Positions 22,891 through 33,792 of a stretch of DNA of 64,000 bases are shown in pieces (the first letter of the stretch is position 1; every line of letters begins with the position of its first letter). The DNA comes from Trypanosoma brucei. Taxonomy: Eukaryota. Where the stretch lies: the NCBI GenBank assembly GCA_000002445.1, contig CH464491.1, forward strand, positions 352,001 to 416,000. The letters are read 5' to 3'. Position numbers and translations under genes: made by a program. The notes under the pieces were generated by a model. It did no database searches and was not told the DNA's origin. It saw nothing but the letters and a program-made list of their open reading frames with translations.

Positions 22891-23868
22891 ATGCGCTTTG
22901 TTCCACCTTTCCTTGCGGGTGCAGCACTCGCAACTTACTACCGACCTCTGGACAAGTCGAAATCTGCATATTGCTACGCGAGTATTGAAAATGCCTTACA
23001 CTTTCAACCTAAACCAAAGCCCGGAAAAGTTTTTTCCCAACGATACCAACCGTATACCCTTGGGGATGTTGTTCCGATAACACATGACACTGCTCTTTTT
23101 CGTTTCCTTATTGATGGAAATGAAGAGTTTAACCTAAAGCCATGCTCCACACTACAGGCATGCTACAAATATGGCGTGCAACCTATGGATCAATGCCAGC
23201 GCTTCTACACTCCTGTGACGGCTAATCACACGAAAGGTTATTTCGATATTATTGTGAAGCGCAAGCAAGGGGGACTCATGACAGAGCATTTATTTGGTAT
23301 GCACATAGGAGATAAACTTCTGTTTCGATCAGTCACATTCAAACTGCAGTATCGTCCGAATAGGTGGAAACACGTGGGAATGATAGCGGGTGGCACTGGG
23401 TTCACTCCAATGTTGCAAATCATCCGTCATTCGCTCCAGGAAGAATGGGACAACGGTATGGTTGATCGGACTAAATTATCTTTTCTTTTCTGTAACCGAA
23501 CGGAGAGACACATTTTGTTGAAGGGACTCTTTGATGATCTCGCACAAAAGTATTCCAATCGTTTTAAGGTATATTACACAATTGATCAGGCTGTCGAGCC
23601 TGACGTATGGCCGCACTACACCGGACTCGTAACAAAAGAGATGGTGCATGAGACCATGCCGGCACCGAATGAGGAAAAAAAGATTATATTATTGTGTGGT
23701 CCCGATCAGCTGTTGAATCATGTCGCTGGAACACCAATGGGAACAATGAACACCATGTCGAGTGGAATGAATATCCAACCGATGGCACCAGACCTCAATA
23801 ATTTAGTAAATCTTGGGGGGATATTAGGGGAACTCGGGTACTCCAATGATGAAGTTTATCGCTTCTAA
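22891..23868 (+). CDS. NADH-cytochrome b5 reductase-like flavoprotein (FNR superfamily)
   Basis: N-terminal hydrophobic anchor (FVPPFLAGAALATYY). The FAD-binding RxYTP motif (QRFYTPV) and the NAD-binding GGTGFTPMLQII glycine motif are present. Spacing is typical of the b5-reductase family. The first ATG is at 22891; the track start is a GTG. Confidence 0.8.
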   Translation: MRFVPPFLAGAALATYYRPLDKSKSAYCYASIENALHFQPKPKPGKVFSQRYQPYTLGDVVPITHDTALFRFLIDGNEEFNLKPCSTLQACYKYGVQPMDQCQRFYTPVTANHTKGYFDIIVKRKQGGLMTEHLFGMHIGDKLLFRSVTFKLQYRPNRWKHVGMIAGGTGFTPMLQIIRHSLQEEWDNGMVDRTKLSFLFCNRTERHILLKGLFDDLAQKYSNRFKVYYTIDQAVEPDVWPHYTGLVTKEMVHETMPAPNEEKKIILLCGPDQLLNHVAGTPMGTMNTMSSGMNIQPMAPDLNNLVNLGGILGELGYSNDEVYRF

Positions 23869-24810
23869 TAATAACAACAAAAAATAATAGGAAACGAGAA
23901 TGTTTGATGAACAAAAAAGTAAATAGGGGGAGACTGCATGGTTTTTACTCATGCTTACACGCGTGAAGTAGCGCATACGGAAAAACGATATTTATTCCCT
24001 TTACTTTTCCTCTCGTCACGTGCTTGATCCTGCATAGTTTCCGTTTTTTGTTCTTTTCATTTAAGATTTTGTCTCCCTGTACAACATGGCGGATGATACT
24101 ATAGCGGCCGACACTATGGGGTTTTTTTTTACGAGAATACATATTTGTTATTGATTTATTTGGTTTATATATATATATATATATTAGTTCCACTTCACCT
24201 CCAAAAGTACCGGCATTTCTTCGAGGCAGTGGCACTAAGTTAAATCCATTGGGTTTTGTAATCGTTCGATGCAGAAATGGTTCAATTTAAAAGGACCCTT
24301 TTCTCTATATCGTCTTTTTTTACCCTCCACCTTTCAGTCGCGTCATTTCGTCGCATGCGAAGGGGAGTTATAAATATAAATATATATATCGCCATTTTTA
24401 ATTGCTTTACTTTTTCGCAACTCCATCCTTTTTACCATTTCATTTTGTTTCTTGCGCCCCAATCGGTATTAACATGAACAAGTAGTTGCGAGAAGGAAAA
24501 GGGAGAGATATATACAGAGAAAGAGCGGCAGCAACAGCGGTGGTAGACATTCCTGGGGGGAAATATATATATATATATATTACACTTCGCTGTCATTTGT
24601 TTTGTTGTCACCACCGTCATCTCCATCATTCCCTTTTTCAACTTTGTTTTTGTTTTTGCTGTTACTGAGATAATAAATTTACGTACACTTACAAAATAGG
24701 GGATACAAAAAAAAAAACTTCCTCTACTGCGGGGTTAGATAGAGGACAAAGTAGGAAATAGAATCTTTTTTAAAAAAAAAAGAAAGAAGAGGATAGATAA
24801 ATAGTTTGCA

Positions 24811-25419
24811 ATGCTTCGTCGCACGTCGTTTAATTTCACAGGGCGTGCGATGATTTCGCGCGGCAGCCCCGAGTGGTCGCATCGTTTGGATCTCAAGAAG
24901 GGGAAAAAGACGACAATGATGCACAAACTTGGCACCAGTAAACCCAATAATGCATTGCAGTATGCACAAATGACTTTACACGACCTTACGGAGTGGTGCC
25001 TCGCTTACTCGCCGTGGCCTCTCACCTTCGGTTTGGCATGTTGCGCCGTAGAAATGATGCATGCATATGCTTCTCGGTATGATTTGGATCGTTTTGGTAT
25101 TGTACCGCGTCCAACACCCCGTCAAGCAGAAATTATTATTGTCTCCGGCACTGTGACAAATAAAATGGCTCCAATCTTGCGGAACATATATGTTCAAATG
25201 GTGAACCCCAAGTGGGTTATTTCCATGGGAAGCTGCGCTAACGGTGGTGGTTACTATCACTTCTCCTACGCCGTGCTCCGAGGCTGTGAAAGAGCAATAC
25301 CAGTTGATTTCTGGATTCCCGGTTGCCCTCCTTCAGCGGAAAGTCTTGTCTTTTGCTTGCATACATTACAGAAGAAAATACGCTGGCACGAAATTCAAAA
25401 GTATTCTGTTCGAGATTAA
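24811..25419 (+). CDS. NDUFS7: NADH:ubiquinone oxidoreductase 20-kDa subunit (PSST/NDUFS7/NuoB homologue)
   Basis: ATG at 24811 with a basic presequence ([18 protein letters not shown]). Diagnostic NuoB blocks are present: [11 protein letters not shown]...[30 protein letters not shown] and IPGCPP. Confidence 0.9.
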   Translation: MLRRTSFNFTGRAMISRGSPEWSHRLDLKKGKKTTMMHKLGTSKPNNALQYAQMTLHDLTEWCLAYSPWPLTFGLACCAVEMMHAYASRYDLDRFGIVPRPTPRQAEIIIVSGTVTNKMAPILRNIYVQMVNPKWVISMGSCANGGGYYHFSYAVLRGCERAIPVDFWIPGCPPSAESLVFCLHTLQKKIRWHEIQKYSVRD

Positions 25420-26071
25420 AGAATCATGGTACAATAGGAGTTTCTATTTTTGGTGTGCATATGTGTTTGTGTGTGTGTCACCCGATAGAAAAGATTTACA
25501 TCGTTACGGCCGTTGGCAAATTAGCGGCAGGCGTCTGCGGGAAATCAAATCCCTCTTTTTCTCCGTCCTTTTTTGACTTTTCCCTTTCCTTCTTTTGTTT
25601 TGGATCAGGGGATGGTGTTCCATTCTTTTGTTCATGCTCAGAAAACTTACTGAACCGGAAAAGGAAAGAAAAAAGGGGGAATAAGTGGAGGTCCATAGGT
25701 TATTATAAGTTGCAACTGCATGTGTGTGCGTTTCACGGTTATTGGTGAGTCGTGAGTTAGTGACGTTAGTTAATTGTTTTTGCGACGGAAGAGTATTCGT
25801 GTGTAACTGCTAAACTACCTTCATTATTCGTTAGCGATATAATATCACCGCTCCTGTTGTCAAACAATGTATTTTCTCTCTTTCCCTCTCTCCCTACTGC
25901 CACTGTTTCCACACTCTTTCACCCCCTTTCCCCTTAATCTTGCATTTATTTCTTAACTGCAAGTAGTTTCAGTATCATTTCTATCGTGTTAAAGCCATCA
26001 CTTAAACGAAAATCAAACGTAACGGTCGCAACTGAGAAGTAACACATCATCATTTACGGGAACGAAAGGAG

Positions 26072-26407
26072 ATGTCCGCGAAGATGTGCCACGTCGTCAT
26101 GTTTGCTCTCGACGCAACGAAGTTCGCCGCCAATCTTCCGGGTTCCGAGTTGCAGCGGCACCTGAAATTACTTCGCGAAACAGTTCCGGGTTTGCTCGAA
26201 ATTAATATGGGCCCAACTGGAACGGATCTTTTTCCCGGTTATGTGGATTGCAGCGGTGGTTTTACTCATTGCCTTGTCTCAAAGCACACAGATGTAAAGG
26301 CACTGCAGGAATATGTGGCGCATCCGAACCACGTCACGTTTGCGGAATTACTAAAGGCCTCATATTCCAAACCTCCCATCCGTGTGGACTTTGAGCTGAA
26401 GGAGTGA
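26072..26407 (+). CDS. Stress-responsive A/B-barrel (Dabb) domain protein
   Basis: A 111-aa ORF with ATG at 26072. HVVMFALDATKF...HPNHVTF matches the Dabb pattern (HVVLFKFK...HP.H). Its size fits a single Dabb domain. Confidence 0.55.
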   Translation: MSAKMCHVVMFALDATKFAANLPGSELQRHLKLLRETVPGLLEINMGPTGTDLFPGYVDCSGGFTHCLVSKHTDVKALQEYVAHPNHVTFAELLKASYSKPPIRVDFELKE

Positions 26408-26560
26408 TAATTTGTCCCTTAGTGGTGCCAGGCATGAGGAAGAAGAGGGAGTGAAGGCACAAAAGGCAAAACGAAACACAACACAACAAAGGGTTTTGTC
26501 CCCACTTCTGAGACACGAAATGCAGCCTGCTTCTTCATTCATTCAATCACCTTAACTACA

Positions 26561-26570
26561 TATATATATA

Positions 26571-26601
<31 letters not shown>
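26561..26601. repeat. (TA)n-(GT)n compound microsatellite
   Basis: tatatatatatgtgtttgtgtgtgtgtgtgtgtgtgtgtgtag, read directly. Confidence 0.9.
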
Positions 26602-26602
<1 letters not shown>

Positions 26603-27620
26603 GGTTTTCTTCCTTCAGCTCTTCATTTTATTTTGCAGGCGTTTATCGCGGTCATTTCTTCCCCCTCCCCTTTTCATCCTCCGGTGTGCGGCGTAAAAGG
26701 CAAGTAAGCTGCAAGGAATGCAATTATCAACCGCTAACTTAAAGTGTTGGAGTGAGCCCGAGTGGTTTCGTTTTGATATTGTTGGGGCGTAATGTTTGCG
26801 GTTGGTAATGAATAAAATGAAGTGAATGGGAAGAAGGTTTTATTATTTGAATTCCAGAGGGGATGGAGGAATAAATTATGGTTTTGCTCATTTTCAGTGT
26901 TGGCAGCACTGTGCACGTGTGTAGGGATATGCAGGCAGATATATGTTATTTGTAACACTTACCTCGTACTGAATGTGTGGCACCGCATCCTATTTTGTTT
27001 CCTCTTCTTGTTGTTTCATTGAACCTTTTATTTTATATCAACTAACAAAAATCAGATTTAGCAAAAAAAATTGGGGGAAAGTGAGGAGAAAATAGAATTG
27101 TGGTTGTGTGTATACCTTAAGCAGAAGGTATATACAGTTTTATAGTAATTTCTAAGTGTAATAGTGTTAGAGGGGAAGGGACAAGTGGTGTCACAGAGGA
27201 AACCACGTAAGCAAGGGGAACGTGGGCTTTTGCGTGCTGTTGAAGTAAAGCCTCAGCACAAAAAAGAAAAACCCACCCAACCTACGGACTTACTGTGCCT
27301 TGATTTGCGAACAAAAGCATAGTGGATATCAACCGCTGCTCGCTCACGAATCTGGCAGAGCAATTCCTCCCCGTGCAAAACCCAGTCATCATTAGTTCCA
27401 AAGTGTTCGTATTAAAAAGGATACTTAGCCCACTTTTGGTGCACTGTTACACACATAGTTATATATACTTACACATATTTGTTTATTGATCATACACATC
27501 CAGTCGGCGTGAGTCCGACTAAAAATAGAATTTGAGTTACACAACCAAACACACACACACACATATATATATATACACACAAAGTTATATCACATTTTTC
27601 TCCTACACGCAGCTCCGTCA

Positions 27621-30600
27621 ATGAGTTCTGTGAGGCTTCTACTTGGTCAGGTGATGCACATCACTCCGTCGAGTGTTATTTTCTCTGCTGATGAAGTGGA
27701 CACACTTGACTTTCAGACAGTGAGCACCATTCCGAAAGCACACCGGGACTTTGTTCAAAAAAATGGACTCATTGCGAAGGTTATGCTCTCAGTGACATCA
27801 AAAATAACGAGCTGGAGCACACGGGAGGAGCGACAAAAGATTTGGTGGGACGCACTGACGAGCACTGGGCTCGTCAGGTCCAAAGCGACCACCGTTGAGG
27901 TGCCAACTAACCTGAGCGGTGTGTTTTGGCCCATTATAGACGATGAACAATTGATGATATATGCCGATGCGGCGATAAAGCGCCATGCGAATCTGAAACT
28001 TAATGAGTGCCCTTACGTTGTTCCAGTTTTATATGCGCAGCAAATATTTTATAAGTGCCAGGAGGTCAAGGGGACGCTTTGTGTAGTTTGGATGCCGAAA
28101 TGTAGGTACAACTTGGCTCACTGGACTAAGGTGCAAGTGCCCAGACGGTTCATCCCCGAATCTGTACTATACAAACTTATATACGACATCACCAATGCTC
28201 TAATTTTCCTTCGCGATGTTTGTGTGGAGTATCCAGCCTGTATCTCCATGGAAGACATCCTCGTCGGAGGAGTTAGTGATGCGGAACCATCTTTTTTGTT
28301 GAACACATTAACCAGTAGACCAACCTGCAATCAGAGCGAGGCGAACAGCAGATCGTCGTCCACGGTGCTTTTCGCACCTGAGTTGTTGATTCAACCTTGC
28401 AAATTGCTTACCAACTCGGCTTGTAATGTTTGGTCGCTGGGGATGATCGCTTACCAAATTGCATCGGGACTACCTAGCGAGGAAAGTAAAGCACATCTTA
28501 TGGGGACACGCCACGCGGCAGGTGAGATGATGCTTAATCATTATCGATTGAAACCAAGCGATGTTGTACTTCGTGTGCGGGCAGTACTGCAGGCGGGTTC
28601 TTACAACAACCCGTTTATTCACCTCCTGCTTCTTATGCTAGGTCAGGACCCACACACGCGACCAACACCCTATGTGGTCTATGAAATGCTCCGTGATATT
28701 ATGCGTTTCAAGCCTGTCATTCGCTTCCCGTTTGCCATTGGACCCTTCACTCTGGTGCACTTGTGGTCGGATGACAAAATAGCAGTCGATCCAGTACAGC
28801 GGCGGTACGATACAGAGGCTACCTGTATCGTATGCAACGAAAGCCGCAGCAATTTGATGTGCGGGGACAATGAGCACACGTCTGCACTGTGTTCACCCTT
28901 GTGGTCCGCGGAGGAGCCGCTTCCGGGGTACGCAGTAGCTCGTGAAACTTCCATGACTTACTTGTATCCCATGCTTGGGAGATTGGACAAAAAAGCGCAG
29001 CGGCGGTACATCGATGCAGCATTACGTGGCGACAAAATGAATAGAGGCAGCTTGCTTCAACTGCTCGGTGGTTTCGCTTTGTTGAAACCCAATGAGGGGA
29101 AAAGTGCTGTGGCTCACGACGTGATGATTCCTTTACCTAATGGTGTTCTTCATAAGGATGAAAAAGTCGCAGTGGCTGCGGAACTCAATTTCACCGCGGC
29201 ACTGCCGTGGCCTTCGCAGTGCACTTTCAAACTCCAGCAGGAGGGGAGAATACAGTGGTCCATACCTGGGTTATTCGGCTTCTCCAATGCCCGTTGGTAT
29301 GCGTGGATATTACCGGGAGAGAAGCTGGAGTTGAATGGGGAACCGTGGGTACCGGCCCCTGATGGTGCTTTCGTGTTTTGGTTTAACGAAAGTCTACAAC
29401 CCTCAGAGTATGATCGGTATTTCGTTGTCTGCAGTGTCCTCTCCTTGACGTGGCAGGCGAAAATGAAGAGCAACGTGCTTCCCGACCACGTCTTCAAGAG
29501 AAAGGGTGATGTCGGTGGTTTGACACCCAGCAACGGATCTGAGGGCGGTTTCTCAAGCTGTACAACATCCCACAACGGCGAAGGGTCGGCGGAACGTCAC
29601 TCCAAAAAAGATGTGGACGGTGTGAACAAAAGTGGTCGTAGCGCGTTAGGGCAACGCTCTGTGAACTCGTTGCTCAATCTCCCCAAAGTTGGGGATCTGC
29701 AGTGCACAAAGGGAGATGGTATATTGCCCGCCCGGAGGCAGGTGAGTAGCACTGCAAATACCACCTCATCATCATCCAACTCTTGTGATTCTGATAACTC
29801 AAATCCTAACCACCGACGGCCTCCGAGGCGTGGAAGTGCGGTTGTGCGCATGGACTATGTGGATGATGTTGTGCCGGATATGATTTTTGATGGCACAGGG
29901 GAGACAAACAGCAAAGGGCAGCCGCTGCAACCTCAGCAGCGAAACGGGGTTACCGGACACCGATCAAACTCAACAGAAGGTATCATATCTGTACTTCATA
30001 GGAGTGAAGACGGGATGGCTTGTTCCACACCTCGTGAGCCAACGTACCCTCGAGAGAGACCTCAGGGCAGGCACATAAACCCTCAACCAACCGAACCAAC
30101 GGCTAACCCCCGTCCTCCACCTCCGAATAATTCCCCCGGAAGACGTCAACGGCACGAAGGTGAGGGCAAGTTTGGTCGACTACCAAGTGGAATGGTTACA
30201 ACACCAACCCTCTCCAAATCACCATCCGGATCCCGCTTCTCTGGTCGGCCATCATCGCCAAGCGCCGCGGATGTTAACCGGACGTTGTCACCGAAGGAGA
30301 GCGCAGTGCTTCAACAGAGTAAAACCGGATTCCCACTGCAATCGCCCCCATTACGTGTGTTTGGACGTTGGCATCCTCCGCGGCACATTGACGCGCCGTT
30401 TCAATCGCTTACATTCTGCACATCGTCAACTGCTGAGCATGGGACCTTATCGCCACCAGTGATGCTGTCGATGGGAGTCCGCACGGCCCTCCATGCTCCT
30501 GCCGCCGCAACTCACATGGCGTTCGCCGCCAATATTATGCCATTAGTTCGCCGAAATCATCCAAAGAGCTCTGCGGCACTTGTTGTTAAGGAAAACAATG

Positions 30601-31091
30601 CGCGAGACATCATCCCCCACCATGGTTTGGTGTTTTATGATGAAAAGGAGGAGGTAGTTGGTCTTTTGGCACTGCGATTCGCCCTGACAAGATCTCCGGA
30701 CATCACTACAGGAGAAATGCTTCTTCCAATAAGGCTACTGCCGCCAGTTGTTGCGACAGCCGCCTTTAACGCGCAGTTGAATGCTGCTTATTTTACCGGT
30801 AATGCAGTTTTCCACAGTATCACACGCGTTGGGAGTGAAAGTGAAGTATTGCGTCACTCAGAGAGTCTCCAACACCTCGGAAACTTCGAAACTCTTTCGC
30901 CCTTATCTAAGAAACTAACCCTTTCAGGGGCGCGTTTCGGAGCAAGCGATGATCCACCGCACAAAGTAGTCTGCGGTGACGACGACGTCCTGCCGTTCTG
31001 TTGGATTGGTTTTGAAAACCAGTCGCGTATGTTGATGATTTCAGATGTGCATCGCCTCTCCTGGTATCCATTATACTTCACTGATGAATAA
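27621..31091 (+). CDS. Protein-kinase-like protein, probable pseudokinase, with a long Ser/Pro/Thr-rich disordered C-terminal region
   Basis: ATG at 27621. The kinase C-lobe signatures are recognisable (FAPELL = APE motif; NVWSLGMIAYQIASG = DxWSxG). The catalytic loop reads PACISMEDILV instead of HRDLKPENILL, so the catalytic Asp and Lys are lost. There is no clear GxGxxG or DFG motif. The C-terminal 500 aa are rich in SP/TP/R. Confidence 0.75.
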   Translation: MSSVRLLLGQVMHITPSSVIFSADEVDTLDFQTVSTIPKAHRDFVQKNGLIAKVMLSVTSKITSWSTREERQKIWWDALTSTGLVRSKATTVEVPTNLSGVFWPIIDDEQLMIYADAAIKRHANLKLNECPYVVPVLYAQQIFYKCQEVKGTLCVVWMPKCRYNLAHWTKVQVPRRFIPESVLYKLIYDITNALIFLRDVCVEYPACISMEDILVGGVSDAEPSFLLNTLTSRPTCNQSEANSRSSSTVLFAPELLIQPCKLLTNSACNVWSLGMIAYQIASGLPSEESKAHLMGTRHAAGEMMLNHYRLKPSDVVLRVRAVLQAGSYNNPFIHLLLLMLGQDPHTRPTPYVVYEMLRDIMRFKPVIRFPFAIGPFTLVHLWSDDKIAVDPVQRRYDTEATCIVCNESRSNLMCGDNEHTSALCSPLWSAEEPLPGYAVARETSMTYLYPMLGRLDKKAQRRYIDAALRGDKMNRGSLLQLLGGFALLKPNEGKSAVAHDVMIPLPNGVLHKDEKVAVAAELNFTAALPWPSQCTFKLQQEGRIQWSIPGLFGFSNARWYAWILPGEKLELNGEPWVPAPDGAFVFWFNESLQPSEYDRYFVVCSVLSLTWQAKMKSNVLPDHVFKRKGDVGGLTPSNGSEGGFSSCTTSHNGEGSAERHSKKDVDGVNKSGRSALGQRSVNSLLNLPKVGDLQCTKGDGILPARRQVSSTANTTSSSSNSCDSDNSNPNHRRPPRRGSAVVRMDYVDDVVPDMIFDGTGETNSKGQPLQPQQRNGVTGHRSNSTEGIISVLHRSEDGMACSTPREPTYPRERPQGRHINPQPTEPTANPRPPPPNNSPGRRQRHEGEGKFGRLPSGMVTTPTLSKSPSGSRFSGRPSSPSAADVNRTLSPKESAVLQQSKTGFPLQSPPLRVFGRWHPPRHIDAPFQSLTFCTSSTAEHGTLSPPVMLSMGVRTALHAPAAATHMAFAANIMPLVRRNHPKSSAALVVKENNARDIIPHHGLVFYDEKEEVVGLLALRFALTRSPDITTGEMLLPIRLLPPVVATAAFNAQLNAAYFTGNAVFHSITRVGSESEVLRHSESLQHLGNFETLSPLSKKLTLSGARFGASDDPPHKVVCGDDDVLPFCWIGFENQSRMLMISDVHRLSWYPLYFTDE

Positions 31092-32868
31092 GCATTGGTG
31101 TGATTGTTGCCGCTTGGGCGTAGATTTTTCTTTTCCTTTTTCCTTTTTTTTGTTTTTGAAGAGTATGAATCACTTCCTTCTTTTCGTCGATGATTTCTAT
31201 TATTCCCCATCCCTCCCTCGGTTGATTTTTTTTTTTACACCTGTACGTGTATAGTTTTTTTTTTAATTAACTTGTGTTACCGCAGTGAATGTTGTCAAGA
31301 ATGGGAAATATTATGAAGGGGAAAATGAATAAGCAACCTTCACTGTTTGGCTGGAGCAGTAAGGTGTACAACAAACATTTCCCAGTCTTTTTTTTTTCAT
31401 CGGATCCCCCCCCCATTTTTTGTGCCCGTTTGTGTCCGCCTTTCATGCAGAAACGAATTGAATAGCGGTAACTGTGCTTCACGGGAAAACAAGTAATGAA
31501 AGCTGAATAAAATGAATATTTCTCGTTTTGAGTTGTTTTTATGCTTTTATTTATCTCTTCGGGCAGGCATCCATTTTATTTCCTGCGTTTGTTTCCTTTT
31601 TTTGTCCGTGCCATTTCCCCCGTTCAGTCCCGAGGCTCCTCCGCGCTATCGCAGTAGATTTTCGTAGATCCACGTATTAATTTTCTTTCTGAATAATTAT
31701 TTTAACTATTTCCTCCTCATCTGCGCTACTCTAACACAAAAGGGCTTTCCACAAGTGAGTTGGTGCAGGAAATTCTCCTACAAATTATATATAATTGTAT
31801 ATAGTAGTTTCATTTCTACTATTTATTTTTTTTCCTATCGAAGTTTATTTTTTTTTTTGTTTCTGATGTGCATATCGCAGACATCAAACCCTTGTCTTGT
31901 ATTTGAAATTATGCATGGGGATCTATGTATCGGCGCACGCACGCACGCAAACACATGCACAAATACTATTTCCATTATTTGTTCTTATAGAGAGAAAGAA
32001 AGAGATACGAATGTTTTTGACATTATGATAATATGAGATAACAAAAGAAAATAATAATCAGTAAAGGCAATAAAGGCAGTGATGCGTGCTGGTGGTTTGT
32101 GAAGGATGCGGCGTACACCGGTGTTCCTGTTTTTTTTTTTCCTGTTTCAACATTGACACACCCGCACTGTTGTAATAGGAAATATAGATTTCTCTCGTAA
32201 ATATGACCAAACCATGTAAACGCATACACCCACATGTATATATTCTAAGTGAGGAACACTTTAATCGCTAAAGAGAATAAAACAACGGAAGAAAGAAAGA
32301 AAGATGGGGGAGAAAAGATAAATTGTGGTGACTACCTGAACGCAGCGAATTATATTTTATTTATTTATTTCTGATTATAATAAATTACCTTTATTATTCT
32401 TATTTCTTGAGGAGGTGGCACCCCTCTCATGTGGCGAGTGAGGTAGAAAAGGAGGAGCAGACTGATATACATATATATATTTATTTAAAAAGGGACAAAT
32501 GCAGCGGGTATGGGGAAAAGGAAAAGCAACCTAAGCTGAAGAAAAGAAAAAGGTAAGGGAAACTTGATTGTTGAAGCGCGGTAAGGGGACACATTCAAGC
32601 ATTGATGAGTATCTTTGTGCACTTAGTAGCCATGTATCTCATCGTATATTTACACGATTCGCCACATACTTATATGCACACACTTGAAGATGACCTAACT
32701 TACTGCCTTGTAGTATTTCAACACTCTTAACGGCCGCTGTCTCTTCTGCTCATGCACGTTCATGTTCTTTCGTCTCTTACTTTTGTTGTTTTTTTTTTCA
32801 TTTTGGCTTCAAACGTTCCTCAATATTAACTATTCGTGGTAGCTTTGCCAACAGACGGGTTTTTAAAT

Positions 32869-33792
32869 ATGTGGAGGCCTTATACTTTGTTTGTTGTGCC
32901 CATGCGATTCGGGAGTCCGCTTCAGTTGAGGTCGCTATTTGTTTCCCGCATGCCTGGTCGTTTTGACGCCTTTTTGACACGGCGATTTGTTTCAACAGCA
33001 ACACCCGGAGGGCAGCCGATTTGTAGTGACTCTCATAATTCTGCAGCATGTCTTACGGCTGAGGAGTTCTCCAACATCGTCCCCATGTTTTTGTTGGGTC
33101 AAGCGCTACGTCAACACACTTCTAATGAGGAAAATCGTGCAGGCGCAGGTGAGTTTGTCATTACCCGCGAGGTATTCAACCGCTACTGTAGCGAAAGCCA
33201 CGTGGAAGACACGGACAAAGCTCTTCAACTCCTCTGCGAAAGCGGTGTCGTCGTTTCTATTTCTGATGGAGCGGCGGTTCATCTTCGACCGGTGCAGTTC
33301 CTTCAAATGCACAATGACGCCGCTGATGCGAGTGATGCGAAGGTGAAGACACCGTTTGAAGATTATATCCGGGCAGCACAAAACCGTTTAGCGGATGCGG
33401 AAGCGGAAGAAATGGCGATGCGGGTTGCGCTTCAACCTGCTATTGATAATGCAGCGAAGCGGCGGCGACTCTTGTGGTCGGGTGCCCTCTGCCTTATGGC
33501 GGTCCAACTTGCAGTGATCTCACGGCTAACATTTGTTGACCTTGACTGGGATATCATGGAACCTGTGTCATATTTTCTGGGCAGTGGTACATCGATCCTG
33601 TTTCTTATTTATCTTCTCAGGAATGGGCGGGTGAAGAGCTACAAGGAATATGAAGAGAAGGCAGCGGCGTCGCGTGTTCGGCTGCACGCTCCGGCAGACT
33701 TCGAGTGGAGGAAATACGATGCAGTGGTGAGACGAGTGGAGGTGGAGAAGAACATGGTGGAGCAAATGCGGAAGTGGTTTAAACATCACTGA
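32869..33792 (+). CDS. MCU: Mitochondrial calcium uniporter (MCU) family protein
   Basis: Two hydrophobic helices flank the canonical selectivity-filter motif DLDWDIMEPVSYF (compare human WDIMEPVTYF). The N-terminus is presequence-like (MWRPYTLFVVPMRFGSPLQLRSLFVSRMPGRF). At 307 aa it is the size of kinetoplastid MCU paralogues. The track start 32836 is a GTG; the first ATG is at 32869. Confidence 0.75.
   Translation: MWRPYTLFVVPMRFGSPLQLRSLFVSRMPGRFDAFLTRRFVSTATPGGQPICSDSHNSAACLTAEEFSNIVPMFLLGQALRQHTSNEENRAGAGEFVITREVFNRYCSESHVEDTDKALQLLCESGVVVSISDGAAVHLRPVQFLQMHNDAADASDAKVKTPFEDYIRAAQNRLADAEAEEMAMRVALQPAIDNAAKRRRLLWSGALCLMAVQLAVISRLTFVDLDWDIMEPVSYFLGSGTSILFLIYLLRNGRVKSYKEYEEKAAASRVRLHAPADFEWRKYDAVVRRVEVEKNMVEQMRKWFKHH

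Noticed and set aside
31755-32235. Short ORFs in the 31.1-32.8 kb intergenic gap (31755..32036 +, 32023..32235 -)
   Set aside because: Low-complexity, AT-rich, no motif. Treated as noise.
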